Shown: in pieces, positions 50,267 to 60,979 of the stretch
How positions within the stretch are numbered: the stretch's first letter is position 1
How the letters are laid out: the number at the start of each line of letters is the position of its first letter
Assembly (NCBI GenBank): GCA_963826785.1
Contig: CAWGYD010000006.1
Coordinates: 896,001 to 960,000 of the forward strand
Source: an uncultured delta proteobacterium
GTDB taxonomy: Bacteria; Desulfobacterota; Desulfobacteria; Desulfobacterales; Desulfosalsimonadaceae
Reading direction: 5' to 3'
Length of the DNA: 64,000 bases
The notes under the pieces: model-generated
Databases searched by the model: none
What the model was told of the DNA's origin: nothing
The model's input: only the letters and a program-made list of their open reading frames with translations
Position numbers and translations under genes: made by a program

Positions 50267-50929
50267 TTAAAGAAACCCCGTCTTGTGTAAAAAATTCATA
50301 TCGACCCTGCCCTGATCATCCGCCGGGCTTTGGGTCCGGTTTTGGCCCCGCAGAAAATTCTCCACGTATTTGCCGATCATGTCGGTTTCGATATTGACCC
50401 GGTCCCCCACGGATTTGATCCCGATGGTGGTGATTCTGGCCGTGTGGGGAATCACGCTCACCTCGAAGGCGGCCTGGCCGCAATGGTTTATAGTCAGGCT
50501 GATGCCGTCGACGGCCACCGAGCCCTTGGGAATCAGGTGCCGGGCCAGTTTTCCATCCACTGAAAATCCCACCCGGATGGCATTGGCCTGGGATGTCTTG
50601 TAGGTGATCTGTCCCGTGCCGTCGATATGGCCGGAAACCAGATGGCCATCCAGCCGGTCGGAAAGTTTCATGGCCCGCTCGATATTGACACGGTCTCCGG
50701 GCCGGGCGTCTTTCAGGATGGTTTTTTCCACCGTCTCCGGGGAGACATCCACTTCAAACCGGTCGCCCGAGAGCGACACCGCTGTCAGGCAGGCGCCGTT
50801 GACGGCGATGCTGTCTCCGATCTTCGATCCGGACAGGTCGAAATCGGCGATCAGCGCAATCCGCATTCCTTCTCCCGCCGGCCGGATGCCGGTGATGGTC
50901 CCGAACCCTTCGATGATTCCCGTAAACAT
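50267..50929 (-). CDS. ribE: Riboflavin synthase (alpha chain)
   Basis: MFTGIIE, NGACLT, GHLVSGHID, DGISLT. Confidence 0.95.
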   Translation of the reverse strand: MFTGIIEGFGTITGIRPAGEGMRIALIADFDLSGSKIGDSIAVNGACLTAVSLSGDRFEVDVSPETVEKTILKDARPGDRVNIERAMKLSDRLDGHLVSGHIDGTGQITYKTSQANAIRVGFSVDGKLARHLIPKGSVAVDGISLTINHCGQAAFEVSVIPHTARITTIGIKSVGDRVNIETDMIGKYVENFLRGQNRTQSPADDQGRVDMNFLHKTGFL

Positions 50930-50953
50930 TTTTCTGCCTGATCAATACATGTA

Positions 50954-52057
50954 TCAATACATGTGATGAAGGTATCCCTCCACCAGGATATCTTCATCGA
51001 ATCGTTTCACGACCATGTCCGTTACCGGAATGCTGCCGGCCATCAAATCCGGCCCCGGGCCTGCGCACATGGGCACCCCGTCATCTCCCCCCAGTATTTT
51101 GGGCGCGTAGAAAAAACAGATCTTGTCCACGATACCGGACTTCAATGCGGATGCGGCCACCCGAGCCCCCCCTTCGATGAGCAGGCTGGTGATGCCTCTT
51201 TCCCCCAGTCTGGCCATCAGGTCGTCAAGGTCGATGCCACGATCCGCAAGCCTGGCCTCTATGATGGTAATACCCTGTTTTTCAAGAAGATATTTTTTCT
51301 CCGGCGCCGCTGAGGGACCCGAAACCAACACCGTATCAGATGCGGGTTCAATCTTCAACAGTTTCGCATGTTCCGGCATGGATAAATTCGTATCCAGGAT
51401 AATCCGTTTGGGGTTGACGCCGGTCTTATCCGTCAGCCGGGCGGTCAGGCTGGGATTATCGGCCAAAACCGTGGCCACCCCCACCATGATGGCATCGGAT
51501 GCGTGGCGCAGCTCATGAACATACCCCCGGGCCGCTTCTCCGGTCACCCAGCGGGAATCGCCGGTGCGCGTGGCGATGCGTCCGTCCAGGGTCGCCGCCA
51601 TTTTGAGCGTCACAAACGGCCGCTTGGTCTTTACGTACTTGATGAAACTTTCATTTTGCCGCCGGGCCCGGTTTTCGCCGATGCCTATAATAACCTCGAT
51701 ACCGGATTTCTCAAGGTGGGCCGCACCGTTTCCCGCCACATCCGGGTTGGGATCGGCCATGGCCGCCACCACCCGGGAAATGCCCGAGTCGAGGATCTTC
51801 TGCGTGCAGGGCGGCGTGCGGCCGAAGTGATTGCAGGGCTCCAGGGTCACATAGAGGGTCGCCCCCCCGGCCAGTGCTCCGGCCTCATCGAGTGCATGGA
51901 CTTCCGCGTGGGGACCTCCCGCCGCCTGATGCCATCCCCGGCCCACGATCCGGCCGTCCTTGACCACCACCGCCCCCACCACGGGGTTGGGCGAGGTGTA
52001 CCCCCGCCCCTGTTCCGCCAGGGCCAGGGCCAGGGCCATGTATTCTTCATCGGTCAT
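50954..52057 (-). CDS. ribD: Riboflavin biosynthesis deaminase/reductase
   Basis: PNP.VGAV, HAE, EPCNH.GRTPPC, LDGRIA, EGG. Confidence 0.96.
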   Translation of the reverse strand: MTDEEYMALALALAEQGRGYTSPNPVVGAVVVKDGRIVGRGWHQAAGGPHAEVHALDEAGALAGGATLYVTLEPCNHFGRTPPCTQKILDSGISRVVAAMADPNPDVAGNGAAHLEKSGIEVIIGIGENRARRQNESFIKYVKTKRPFVTLKMAATLDGRIATRTGDSRWVTGEAARGYVHELRHASDAIMVGVATVLADNPSLTARLTDKTGVNPKRIILDTNLSMPEHAKLLKIEPASDTVLVSGPSAAPEKKYLLEKQGITIIEARLADRGIDLDDLMARLGERGITSLLIEGGARVAASALKSGIVDKICFFYAPKILGGDDGVPMCAGPGPDLMAGSIPVTDMVVKRFDEDILVEGYLHHMY

Positions 52058-52062
52058 CCGCT

Positions 52063-52530
52063 TTACGATTCCGTACGGGTCTGGGTCAGCAGGGTTTTGA
52101 GTTCGGTGACAAAATCGTTGACGTCCTTGAAATCCCGGTAGACAGACGCAAACCGGACATAGGCCACGGTATCGAGATCATGCAGCCGGGCCATGATCTT
52201 TTCGCCGATCACCGAGGAGGGAATTTCCTTTTCGTCCGATTCCCGCAGATCCCGTTCCAGTTCCTCAATGAAGGACTCGATCAGGTTCATGCTGATTTCA
52301 CGCTTTTGACAAGCCCTCTGGAGCCCCGAGCGGACCTTGTCGCGGCTGAATACCTCCCGCCGCCTGTCCTTTTTGATGATCATGAGCGGAATTTCTTCGA
52401 TGTACTCATAGGTGGTGAAGCGCCGGTCGCAGGAGATGCATTCCCGCCGCCGCCGGATGGCGTTTCCGTCCTTGCTGAGCCTCGAATCAATGACCTTGTT
52501 GTTGTTTTCCCTGCAATAGGGGCATTTCAT
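52063..52530 (-). CDS. nrdR: Transcriptional repressor NrdR
   Basis: MKCPYC..VIDSR..IRRRREC..RFTTYE, AYVRFASVY. Confidence 0.96.
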   Translation of the reverse strand: MKCPYCRENNNKVIDSRLSKDGNAIRRRRECISCDRRFTTYEYIEEIPLMIIKKDRRREVFSRDKVRSGLQRACQKREISMNLIESFIEELERDLRESDEKEIPSSVIGEKIMARLHDLDTVAYVRFASVYRDFKDVNDFVTELKTLLTQTRTES

Positions 52531-52560
52531 GACCCGTCCTCCCTTGGTTCGGTGAGTCCG

Positions 52561-53034
52561 TCAGTTTGAAGCGGCGGGGGGTGTGTCCATCTGAACGACC
52601 TCGATGTTCGCCTCCCGGAGCATGTCCGTCGAAAGGTCATCCGCATAGCCTTCCCGGTAATAGATCCGGGTGATGCCGGCGTTGATGATCATCTTGGTGC
52701 AGATGGAGCAGGGCAGGTTGGTGCAGTAGAGGACCCCTCCCCGGATGGGGACGCCGTGGTATGCCGCCTGGATGATGGCGTTTTGTTCCGCGTGGATGCC
52801 CCGGCAGAGTTCGTGACGCTGGCCGGAAGCGATCTTCATGGTTTCCCTCAGGCAGCCGACCTCCCCGCAGTGGCGAAGCCCGCTGGGGGCGCCGTTGTAT
52901 CCGGTGGCCAGCAGCCGCTTGTCTTTGACAATGACCGCGCCCACGGCGCGCCGGGTGCAGGTGGAGCGCTTGGCCACCAGGCAGGCGATGTCCATGAAAT
53001 ATTCGTTCCAGCTGGGCCTGGCATCTGCTTTCAT
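52561..53034 (-). CDS. dCMP deaminase / ComEB family
   Basis: [29 protein letters not shown]. Confidence 0.9.
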   Translation of the reverse strand: MKADARPSWNEYFMDIACLVAKRSTCTRRAVGAVIVKDKRLLATGYNGAPSGLRHCGEVGCLRETMKIASGQRHELCRGIHAEQNAIIQAAYHGVPIRGGVLYCTNLPCSICTKMIINAGITRIYYREGYADDLSTDMLREANIEVVQMDTPPAASN

Positions 53035-53136
53035 CGTTGGGCCTTTCATGATCGGAAATGCGGGGAAATTGGCGAGAAATTGAGACGTTTTAAAGGGCCA
53101 TCCTTTTCGGCGGTCAATTTTTCGGGCGTTTAAAAA

Positions 53137-53175
53137 AATTGCGAATGGCCGGTTGCCAATTGTGAATCGTCAATT
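53137..53175. repeat. 7-bp-period AATnnnn array at the glyA stop
   Basis: AATTGCG AATGGCC GGTTGCC AATTGTG AATCGTC AATT. Confidence 0.55.
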
Positions 53176-54432
53176 ATCCTTCGAATTATCCTGTGCATAG
53201 AGGGGAAAATCCGCACACAGCCGGGCCACTTCCCTGCGGGCGCCGGCAATGCGGTTTTCTTCGGCCGGATGTTTGAGAACGTCGACGATCAGTTCTCCGA
53301 TCCGCTCCATCTCGGCTTCCTTCATTCCCCGGGTGGTTACCGCCGGGGTGCCGATGCGGATGCCGCTGGTGACAAACGGGCTCCGGGTTTCAAAGGGAAC
53401 GGTGTTCTTGTTCACCGTGATTCCCGCCTGCTCCAGATTTTTTTCCGCATCTTTTCCGGTGATGTCCAGGCGGGTCAGATCCGCCAGCATCATGTGATTG
53501 TCGGTTCCGCCGGAAACCAGTTCAATCCCGTTTCGGATCAGGCAGTTCGCCAGGACCGAAGCGTTTTTCACCACCTGGCGCTGATACTGCTTGAAATTCT
53601 CCGACAGGGCCAGCTTGAAGGCCACGGCCTTGGCGGCGATCACGTGCATGAGCGGACCGCCCTGGATTCCCGGAAAGATTTCCTTGTTCAATTTCGGGCC
53701 CAGATCCGATCCGGCCAGGATCAGTCCGCCCCGGGGACCCCGCAGGGTCTTGTGGGTGGTGGAGGTGACCACATCCGCATACGGCACGGGAGAAGGGTGG
53801 ACGCCACCGGCCACCAGGCCGGCGATATGGGCCATGTCCACCATCAGGTAGGCCCCCACGGACCGGGCTATGTCGGCAAATGCTTCAAAATCGATGATCC
53901 GGGGATAGGCGGAAGCGCCGGCCACGATCATCTTGGGCCGGTGCTGCTCGGCTAACTGTTTAAGCCGGTCATAGTCGATGGTGCCGGTTTCCCGGCCCAC
54001 CCCGTAATGGATGAAGTTGTACAGCCGCCCGGAGAAACTGGCCGCAGCGCCGTGGGTCAGGTGTCCGCCATGGGAGAGGTCCATACCCAGGATGGTATCC
54101 CCGGGATTGAGCAGGGCGAAATAGACGGCCATGTTGGCCTGGGACCCCGAATGGGGCTGCACGTTGGCATATTGGGCGCCAAACAGCTGCTTGGCCCGGT
54201 CGATGGCTTTCTGTTCGGCGACATCCACGTACTCGCAGCCGCCATAATACCGTTTGCCGGGGTAGCCTTCGGCGTACTTGTTGGTCATTACGCTGGCCTG
54301 GGCCGCCATGACGGCCGGTCCCGCGATATTTTCAGATGCGATCAGCTCCAGGGTGGTGTTCTGCCGGTCGAGCTCCCTGGAAATGGCATCGGCGATTTCC
54401 GGATCCACTTTTTTGATAATTTCTAAATCCAA
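53170..54432 (-). CDS. glyA: Serine hydroxymethyltransferase
   Basis: [27 protein letters not shown]; probable TTG start with AAGGAG RBS. Confidence 0.96.
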   Translation of the reverse strand: MDLEIIKKVDPEIADAISRELDRQNTTLELIASENIAGPAVMAAQASVMTNKYAEGYPGKRYYGGCEYVDVAEQKAIDRAKQLFGAQYANVQPHSGSQANMAVYFALLNPGDTILGMDLSHGGHLTHGAAASFSGRLYNFIHYGVGRETGTIDYDRLKQLAEQHRPKMIVAGASAYPRIIDFEAFADIARSVGAYLMVDMAHIAGLVAGGVHPSPVPYADVVTSTTHKTLRGPRGGLILAGSDLGPKLNKEIFPGIQGGPLMHVIAAKAVAFKLALSENFKQYQRQVVKNASVLANCLIRNGIELVSGGTDNHMMLADLTRLDITGKDAEKNLEQAGITVNKNTVPFETRSPFVTSGIRIGTPAVTTRGMKEAEMERIGELIVDVLKHPAEENRIAGARREVARLCADFPLYAQDNSKDN

Positions 54433-54466
54433 GCATTTGCTCCTTGTTTCTTTGTCCGGCGGATGT

Positions 54467-54913
54467 TTATGCGATCTGATCGAATTTGGCAATCCGCTGT
54501 TCGTGCCGGCCGCCTTCAAAGGGGGTGGAAAGCCAGACCCGGGTGATCTCCCTGGCCAGCTCCGTGCCGATGACCCGGCCTCCCATCACCAGGATGTTGG
54601 CATCGTTGTGCCGCCGGCTCATGATGGCGCAAAACAGGTCGTTGCACAACGCCGCGCGCACGCCGGTGAACCGGTTGGCCACCATGGACATGCCCAGGCC
54701 CGTACCGCAGATGAGAATTCCTTTTTCATAATCTCCTGACGCAATTTTCCGGGCCACGGCAATACCGAAATCGGAATAATCCACCGAGCTTTCATTGTCG
54801 GTGCCGCAGTCGACCACCTGGCAGCCGAGTTCCTTCGCCAGGTCGGCGATAACGGTTTTCAAGGCATATCCGGCATGATCGGAACCGATCAGCAGAGTCG
54901 ATTGTTTTTCCAT
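54467..54913 (-). CDS. rpiB: Ribose-5-phosphate isomerase B
   Basis: GSDHAG, CGTGLG, ANR, HNDAN, FEGGRH. Confidence 0.94.
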   Translation of the reverse strand: MEKQSTLLIGSDHAGYALKTVIADLAKELGCQVVDCGTDNESSVDYSDFGIAVARKIASGDYEKGILICGTGLGMSMVANRFTGVRAALCNDLFCAIMSRRHNDANILVMGGRVIGTELAREITRVWLSTPFEGGRHEQRIAKFDQIA

Positions 54914-54923
54914 GGGCAATCCA

Positions 54924-55154
54924 TCAGGTCTTTTCAATGATGTAGGTAATCACGTTTTGGACGGTGCGGAGTTTTTCCGCATCATCATCGGGGACTTCGA
55001 TATCAAATTCCTCTTCCATGGTCATGATCAGCTCCACAATGGCCAGGGAGTCGGCGCCCAGGTCATCGATGAGGGACGCTTCCATCACCACGTCGCTGAT
55101 GTCCACATTGAGCTTTTCCGCGATCACTTTCTTGACTTTGTCTTCGATTTTCAT
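54924..55154 (-). CDS. acpP: Acyl carrier protein
   Basis: DLGADSL, EEEF. Confidence 0.93.
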   Translation of the reverse strand: MKIEDKVKKVIAEKLNVDISDVVMEASLIDDLGADSLAIVELIMTMEEEFDIEVPDDDAEKLRTVQNVITYIIEKT

Positions 55155-55173
55155 TACCCGCATTCCTCCACAA

Positions 55174-55920
55174 TTATATGTACATACCGCCGTTTACGTG
55201 AATGACCTGTCCGGTGATGTAATCGGCTCCGGCTGATGCCAGAAACACGGCCACCCGGGCCACGTCTTCCGGGGTGCCGGCACGTCCCAGGGGGATCAGC
55301 TTCAGCATTTCTTCCATGGATTCCGGCTTGATTTTTTCGGTCATGGCCGTGTGTATGAATCCCGGGGCGATGGCGTTCACCGTGATGTTCCGGGAGGCCA
55401 GCTCCCGGGCAGACGATTTGGTCAGCCCGATGATCCCCGCCTTGGATGCCGAATAATTGGCCTGCCCGGGGTTTCCGGCCACCCCCGCGATGGAGCTGAT
55501 ATTGATGATCCGGCCGTAGCGCCTGCCGATCATGATTTTCGCGGCCGCCTTCAGGCAATTGAATGCCCCCTTGAGGTTCACCGCCATGACCGTATCCCAG
55601 TCGGCCTCTTTCATCCGGAGCAAAAGCGAGTCTTTAGCGATCCCGGCATTGTTCACCAGTACGTCGAGTCGGCCCGACTCCTCCGAAATGGATTTAAACC
55701 ACCGCGATACCGCGTTCGTATCGGCCACATCGCACTGTGCCGGAATCGCCGTGCCGCCCGCCGCCACCACCAGGTCCTGCGTTTGGCGGAAGCTGTCGTC
55801 CCCGGAGCTGAAATTGAAATAGACCCGGGTTCCCGGTTCGGCAAAAGCCGCACAGATCGCCTGGCCGATCCCTTTTGATCCGCCGGTGACCGCAACAACG
55901 CGTTTGATTTCGATTCCCAT
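55174..55920 (-). CDS. fabG: 3-oxoacyl-ACP reductase
   Basis: [25 protein letters not shown]; adjacent to acpP. Confidence 0.92.
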   Translation of the reverse strand: MGIEIKRVVAVTGGSKGIGQAICAAFAEPGTRVYFNFSSGDDSFRQTQDLVVAAGGTAIPAQCDVADTNAVSRWFKSISEESGRLDVLVNNAGIAKDSLLLRMKEADWDTVMAVNLKGAFNCLKAAAKIMIGRRYGRIINISSIAGVAGNPGQANYSASKAGIIGLTKSSARELASRNITVNAIAPGFIHTAMTEKIKPESMEEMLKLIPLGRAGTPEDVARVAVFLASAGADYITGQVIHVNGGMYI

Positions 55921-55925
55921 AAATC

Positions 55926-55955
55926 AGAAAACAAAGCCACCCGCAAAGCGGGTGG
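55926..55955 (-). terminator. Hairpin/possible terminator between rpmF and fabG
   Basis: CCACCCGC / GCGGGTGG stem followed by CTTTGTTTT on the minus strand. Confidence 0.5.
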
Positions 55956-56030
55956 TGATTGAAGGCAAGGGACCGGAGTATGGCGGGCGCCGGTCTGGCC
56001 TGTCGGGTTTCACACAGAAGCCGGGATCGC

Positions 56031-56213
56031 TTATTTTTCTGAACCTTCGATAACGTCGCGTCCCTTGTAGGTCCCGCAGGACGGACAGGCGCGATGGGGA
56101 AGCTTGACTTCGCCGCATTGCGGGCAGCTGATGCTGTTGGGGGCGCTGGTCTTCTGATGGGTGCGCCGTTTATCCCGCTTGGACTTGGATATTTTGTGCT
56201 TTGGGACTGCCAT
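56031..56213 (-). CDS. rpmF: 50S ribosomal protein L32
   Basis: [24 protein letters not shown]. Confidence 0.95.
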   Translation of the reverse strand: MAVPKHKISKSKRDKRRTHQKTSAPNSISCPQCGEVKLPHRACPSCGTYKGRDVIEGSEK

Positions 56214-56450
56214 GATTGTCTCCTAACTATCTAATTATTTGTGCAATATAATACGAATAAGCAGAATTTTGTTGTTAAAACTAGTATGTTAAATCCCCTG
56301 TATTGTCAAGGGAATTTGACGGGCCCGGCAATTTTGATGCTTGTGTTGCCAAATGCATTATGCTAAATTAACAAATTTTTCAAATGCATCTTTGATGATT
56401 CAGGATTTAACCGTCTTTTCCGGATAATTAGATTAAAGGATTCAATATAT

Positions 56451-57878
56451 ATGGATAACGCAATCATCACCCGTTTTCCGCCCAGCCCCACCGGATACCT
56501 CCACCTGGGGGGGGCGCGAACGGCGCTGTTCAACTGGCTCTATGCCCGCCATACCGGGGGGCGGTTTATTTTGCGGATTGAAGATACCGACGTGGAGCGA
56601 TCCACCCAGGCATCCGTAGACGCCATCTTCGACGCGCTCAACTGGCTGGGCATTGACTGGGACGAAGGCCCCTATTTTCAATCCCGGCGGTTTGACCTTT
56701 ATAAAGAAACCATCGGGCGCCTCTTGGAATCCGGCCAGGCCTATTACTGCACCTGTCCGCCCGAGCGGCTGGAAACCATGCGAAAACTGGCCATGGAAAG
56801 CGGGGGAAAGCCCAAGTACGATGGAACCTGCCGGGAGAAGCATCTGGCATACACCCCCGGGGCGGTGGTCCGGTTCAAGTCTCCCCTTTCAGGATCCACG
56901 GTGGTGGAGGACCGGATCCGGGGCAACATCGTTTTTTCCAACACGGAACTCGATGATTTCGTCATCCAGCGCAGCGACGGCACCCCCATCTACAACCTGG
57001 CTGTAGTGGTGGATGATATTACCATGGGGATCACCACCATTATCCGGGGAGATGACCATATCAGCAACACGCCCAAGCAGATCCTGCTCTATCAGGCCCT
57101 GGGAGCGAAAACACCCGAATTCGGCCATGTTCCCATGGTGCTGGGCCACGACCGGACCCGGCTTTCCAAGCGGCACGGTGCCATGTCGGTGACCGCCTAC
57201 CGGGACATGGGGTATCTGCCCGATGCATTGGTCAATTACCTGGTGCGCCTGGGCTGGTCCCACGGGGACCAGGAATTTTTCACCCGGACGGAACTGGTGG
57301 AGAAATTCAACCTGGAGCACATCGGCAAGTCGGCCGGCGTGTTCAACCCGGAAAAGCTTCTGGCCCTGAATGCCGAGCACATCCGGGCCGCCTCCCCCCA
57401 GGCGCTGGCCCCGCAGCTGATCCCGTTTTTAAAGGAAAAAGGATACGCGGCATCGGCGGATGACTACCTCTATGGGGTGATCAAGACCCTTCAGCCCCGC
57501 AGCAAGACCCTCATCGAAATGGCCGAGGGCGCTGATTTCTATTATCAGGAAGAAATCGTCTATGATGAAAAGGCCGCCGCCAAGTTCCTCACCGGCTCGG
57601 TCCTTGCGCCCATGCAGCAGATCATGGAGGCGCTGGAAGCGGGCAGCGCTTTTGACGAGCCCGAGCTGGAGCGGGCTTTTCAGGCGGTCATGGATCGCTC
57701 CGGCCTCAAGTTTGGGAAAATCGCCCAGCCGGTGCGGGTGGCGCTGACCGGAAAAACCGTAAGCCCCGGCATATTCGAGATGATGGAGGCCCTGGGCCGG
57801 GAAGAAAGCCTCTCCAGGCTGAAAAAAGCCATCGCATACATGAGCGCTTCAGCATCTTCTGCCCAAGATTTGACTTGA
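56451..57878 (+). CDS. gltX: Glutamate--tRNA ligase
   Basis: RFPPSPTG.LHLGG, RIEDTD, RGDDH, LSKR. Confidence 0.96.
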   Translation: MDNAIITRFPPSPTGYLHLGGARTALFNWLYARHTGGRFILRIEDTDVERSTQASVDAIFDALNWLGIDWDEGPYFQSRRFDLYKETIGRLLESGQAYYCTCPPERLETMRKLAMESGGKPKYDGTCREKHLAYTPGAVVRFKSPLSGSTVVEDRIRGNIVFSNTELDDFVIQRSDGTPIYNLAVVVDDITMGITTIIRGDDHISNTPKQILLYQALGAKTPEFGHVPMVLGHDRTRLSKRHGAMSVTAYRDMGYLPDALVNYLVRLGWSHGDQEFFTRTELVEKFNLEHIGKSAGVFNPEKLLALNAEHIRAASPQALAPQLIPFLKEKGYAASADDYLYGVIKTLQPRSKTLIEMAEGADFYYQEEIVYDEKAAAKFLTGSVLAPMQQIMEALEAGSAFDEPELERAFQAVMDRSGLKFGKIAQPVRVALTGKTVSPGIFEMMEALGREESLSRLKKAIAYMSASASSAQDLT

Positions 57879-57902
57879 CAGGCTGTCTTTTTTTGTTAAT
57901 TT
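57875..57902 (+). promoter_or_regulatory. Putative sigma70 promoter of tRNA-Gln
   Basis: TTGACA-16 bp-TAATTT with extended -10 TG. Confidence 0.55.
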
Positions 57903-57916
57903 TATGTCCACATTGC

Positions 57917-57990
57917 TGAGGGTTGGTGCAGCGGCAGCACGACGGGTTCTGGCCCCGTTAACCAAGGTTCGAATCCTTGACCCTCAGCCA
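57917..57990 (+). tRNA. tRNA-Gln (CTG)
   Basis: Acceptor stem TGAGGGT/ACCCTCA; anticodon arm ACGGG-TTCTGGC-CCCGT; T-loop GGTTCGAATCC; encoded CCA. Confidence 0.95.
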
Positions 57991-58001
57991 CAAAGAAATT
58001 C

Positions 58002-58039
58002 AAAGGGATTATGGCAGTGATGCGATAATCCCTTTTTTT
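58002..58039 (+). terminator. Intrinsic terminator after the tRNA
   Basis: AAAGGGATTAT..ATAATCCCTTT stem followed by a T-run. Confidence 0.75.
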
Positions 58040-58223
58040 ATTCGATGAGAAGTTGGATCGGTTGTTGATTTCCCCTGTATTTACATAATACGATAGCTTG
58101 AATATGCCTTTACGGGTTTTTGGATTTACGACCCGGTTGCGTTTAAGTGCAAAATGGAAAATGCGGTGCTGCGGCGCCATTATTGTCATATTGTTTAACA
58201 ACACCATCGGAGATGCAGAGGTG

Positions 58224-58793
58224 ATGATGATCAGACGGGGATTGATTGTGGGTATAATCCTGGCCGTGCTTGCGGGAGTTTTCGGGCTGGCGGGAAGCGG
58301 TTATGCGGGATCCGCGGTTCTGTCGGAGGGGTCGGTGCTGCCGGAATTGACGCTGCCGGCGCCGGCCTCTCCGGAAAAAAAGGATTACCTGGGAATCGGA
58401 CAGCAGGAATCCTTTACGCTGGATCAGGTTTCCGGAAATTTATTGATCCTGGAGGTGTTGAGCGCCCTGTGCCCGGAGTGCCACAAGAGCGCCCCGGTGA
58501 TGAACCGGCTCTACAATGTCATCGCCGGCGATCCGGATCTGAGTAAAGATATCCGTATGCTGGGAATCGCTACCGGGAACTCCGAGCGTCAGCTCAATGC
58601 CTATGTGGAGAAATACCAGGTAAAATTTCCGATAATCGCAGACCCAGATGAAACAGTCGATCGGAAGCTGGGCGGTGCCGGCACCCCGACCCTGATGGTG
58701 GTCGACAACAGCTCAAAGATCAGATACATCCACCAGGGCCGGGTTGAAGATCTGGATTCTCTGCTGGAGATCATCCGGGCCATTCACGAATAG
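58224..58793 (+). CDS. Exported TlpA/AhpC-TSA-like thioredoxin-fold protein
   Basis: Signal or anchor peptide; CPEC; FPIIADP; GTPT. Confidence 0.82.
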   Translation: MMIRRGLIVGIILAVLAGVFGLAGSGYAGSAVLSEGSVLPELTLPAPASPEKKDYLGIGQQESFTLDQVSGNLLILEVLSALCPECHKSAPVMNRLYNVIAGDPDLSKDIRMLGIATGNSERQLNAYVEKYQVKFPIIADPDETVDRKLGGAGTPTLMVVDNSSKIRYIHQGRVEDLDSLLEIIRAIHE

Positions 58794-58851
58794 TCGCCAC
58801 ATTTTTATGTATCGCCCAACCCTTTTTCCCAGGCGGAAGGATGCGGATTCA

Positions 58852-59751
58852 ATGGGGGCCCGGTATACCCGAATCGATCATCCGATTTTAAAAAAGCTTC
58901 CCGGATCCGTCCAGGAAGAGATCGCCAAAATGGCGAAGGATTTCAATGTCGGGTCGGGGGAGATGGTTTTTCGCCGGGGTGATCCCGGCGATGGATTTTT
59001 CATGATCCGCTCAGGCGGCGTAAGGATTTTTGAAACCGCCGATGACGGCACGGAAACACAACTGGCGGAACTGGGTCCCGGCGAAAGTTTCGGGGAAATG
59101 GCCCTCCTGGCCGGCGCCTCCCGGGCGGCAAATGCGCAGGCATTGAAGGATACCTGCCTGACGTTTTTTCCAAGAGCCCAATTTGATCGCATTTTAGGTG
59201 AAGATCCGACGCTTTTTCTCTCCCTGATTATCCGGATGGCCAACTGGCTGATGGAAAATGACCCCATGCTGGATCAGCAGCGGCCCCGGCAGTATACACC
59301 GCCTAAACTGTCCTTTTTTGATTTTTTTCTGATCATGTCCATTTCCATTCTGTTTGCCGTGCTGTTCAATCATTTAAATCCGGCCGGGATGGCGCTGTTT
59401 CCCCGCATCGAACTCAACCGGCAGATCGGCCGGATAACGCCGGCCCAGGCATTTGAGCACCAGCGGTCAGGCGACGCGGTATTCATCGATGCGCGGCCCA
59501 CCAGCTATTTTGAGGATCGTCACATCGCGGGGGCACAAAACATCCCCCCGTCCCTGTTCGAGATCATGTACATGATGGCGCTCAGCGATGTGGACAAGCA
59601 TAAAAAGCTCATTGTCTATGGAAGAACCGTCAGCCGGAGATACGATGTGCGGGTGGCCAACAAACTCTTTCTGCGCGGCCACAAGGATGTAAACGTCCTT
59701 GTGGGGGATCTGTCCGCGTGGGAAAAAAACAGTTATCCGGTGGTGCCATGA
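58852..59751 (+). CDS. cNMP-binding domain - TM - rhodanese-like fusion protein
   Basis: [26 protein letters not shown]; hydrophobic helix; [18 protein letters not shown] at the active loop; start could also be 58807. Confidence 0.8.
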   Translation: MGARYTRIDHPILKKLPGSVQEEIAKMAKDFNVGSGEMVFRRGDPGDGFFMIRSGGVRIFETADDGTETQLAELGPGESFGEMALLAGASRAANAQALKDTCLTFFPRAQFDRILGEDPTLFLSLIIRMANWLMENDPMLDQQRPRQYTPPKLSFFDFFLIMSISILFAVLFNHLNPAGMALFPRIELNRQIGRITPAQAFEHQRSGDAVFIDARPTSYFEDRHIAGAQNIPPSLFEIMYMMALSDVDKHKKLIVYGRTVSRRYDVRVANKLFLRGHKDVNVLVGDLSAWEKNSYPVVP

Positions 59752-60257
59752 ACCATTTTTCCCACTTCATCAAACAGGTGGTCACCAGCAAATACCTGTC
59801 GTTTTTGCTGCGCCTTTACATCGGGTTGATCTTTATTTATGCCAGCATGAGCAAGATTCCCTATCCGGCCCGGTTTGCGGAATCCGTGGCCGCCTACCAG
59901 ATCGTCCCCTACTGGGGGGTCAACCTGGTGGCGGTGGTGCTCCCCTGGATCGAACTGATCTGCGGCCTGTTTTTGATCATCGGGCTGCGGACCCGGGCGG
60001 CCGCCCTCATTATCGGTGCAATGCTGGCGATGTTTATCGTCTTCATCCTGCTGTCCATCTATCGCCAGCTTCCCATCACCTGCGGGTGTTTCGATATGGT
60101 GGGGGAAACCATCGGCTGGCGGCGGGTTTTTGAAGATATCCTCTGGCTGTTGATGACCATCCAGGTGTTTTTCTATGATCGGATTTACCTGCTCAGCCGC
60201 CGGCACCTGAGATTGGCCGGGAGAATAGGGTCCAAACCGAAAAGCGGGAAGGCATGA
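59748..60257 (+). CDS. MauE/DoxX family membrane protein
   Basis: [29 protein letters not shown] overlap with the upstream gene. Confidence 0.88.
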   Translation: MNHFSHFIKQVVTSKYLSFLLRLYIGLIFIYASMSKIPYPARFAESVAAYQIVPYWGVNLVAVVLPWIELICGLFLIIGLRTRAAALIIGAMLAMFIVFILLSIYRQLPITCGCFDMVGETIGWRRVFEDILWLLMTIQVFFYDRIYLLSRRHLRLAGRIGSKPKSGKA

Positions 60258-60258
60258 T

Positions 60259-60579
60259 ATGAATTTTTTGAAAATCAGTTTTTTCTTTCTATCGGCTTTT
60301 CTGTCCATTTTCCTGCTCACCGCCTGCCATTCCGCCGACGAGTACACCGGAACATATCATTCCGCGGGCCCCAGGGATGCCTGCATGGAGTTAAGGGAAG
60401 TCGGGGAGGGGGTGCTGGTGCGAAATGGGGAGGAGATTACGTTTCTGTGGAAAACCGAAGGTCGGAACCTCCGTCTCTATACCCGGGAAGGCGGGGTGGT
60501 GACCGGGAAATTCAATGGCTCCCGGCTGACCCTGACGCTGCCCGGAGAGGAGAGCATCATTTTCAAACGAAACGAATAA
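60259..60579 (+). CDS. Putative lipoprotein
   Basis: Lipobox LTAC; beta-rich mature region. Confidence 0.7.
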   Translation: MNFLKISFFFLSAFLSIFLLTACHSADEYTGTYHSAGPRDACMELREVGEGVLVRNGEEITFLWKTEGRNLRLYTREGGVVTGKFNGSRLTLTLPGEESIIFKRNE

Positions 60580-60637
60580 ATTCGGTTACGTCTTTAAAAA
60601 AAAGCAAACCTTCCAGCCGTTTAAACAAGGAGGAGAC

Positions 60638-60979
60638 ATGGGGCCAATCGTAAAAATCATGTCAGTTGCGCTGATCTTCGGGGTGCTGACAGGGTGCACC
60701 AAAAAACTGGTCAAAATCGATTCCGTTCCTTCATTTGCCGATATCCGCGTCAATGATGAATATGTCGGCAAAACGCCCCTGTATCATCAGTTCACGGACC
60801 GGTGGTATCCCTGGCCTATCAAAAAAACGGAAGATTATCTGGTGGAGGCGCAGCGGGCCGGATATGAACCACAGACGCAGTACTTTCCGGAATCCCCGGT
60901 GGGCCTGGATATCAGCTATGTGCCCGATGAGATCCTTTTCGTGTTAAAGCCCCAGGACCGGTCGGAAGGGATAAAATAG
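60638..60979 (+). CDS. PEGA-like domain lipoprotein
   Basis: RBS AGGAGG; lipobox LTGC; IDSVP..A.I.VN..YVGKTP, AGY. Confidence 0.75.
   Translation: MGPIVKIMSVALIFGVLTGCTKKLVKIDSVPSFADIRVNDEYVGKTPLYHQFTDRWYPWPIKKTEDYLVEAQRAGYEPQTQYFPESPVGLDISYVPDEILFVLKPQDRSEGIK

Noticed and set aside
57917..60979. Integrative island at tRNA-Gln
   Set aside because: I saw no integrase and no duplicated tRNA 3' end, so it cannot be called a mobile element.
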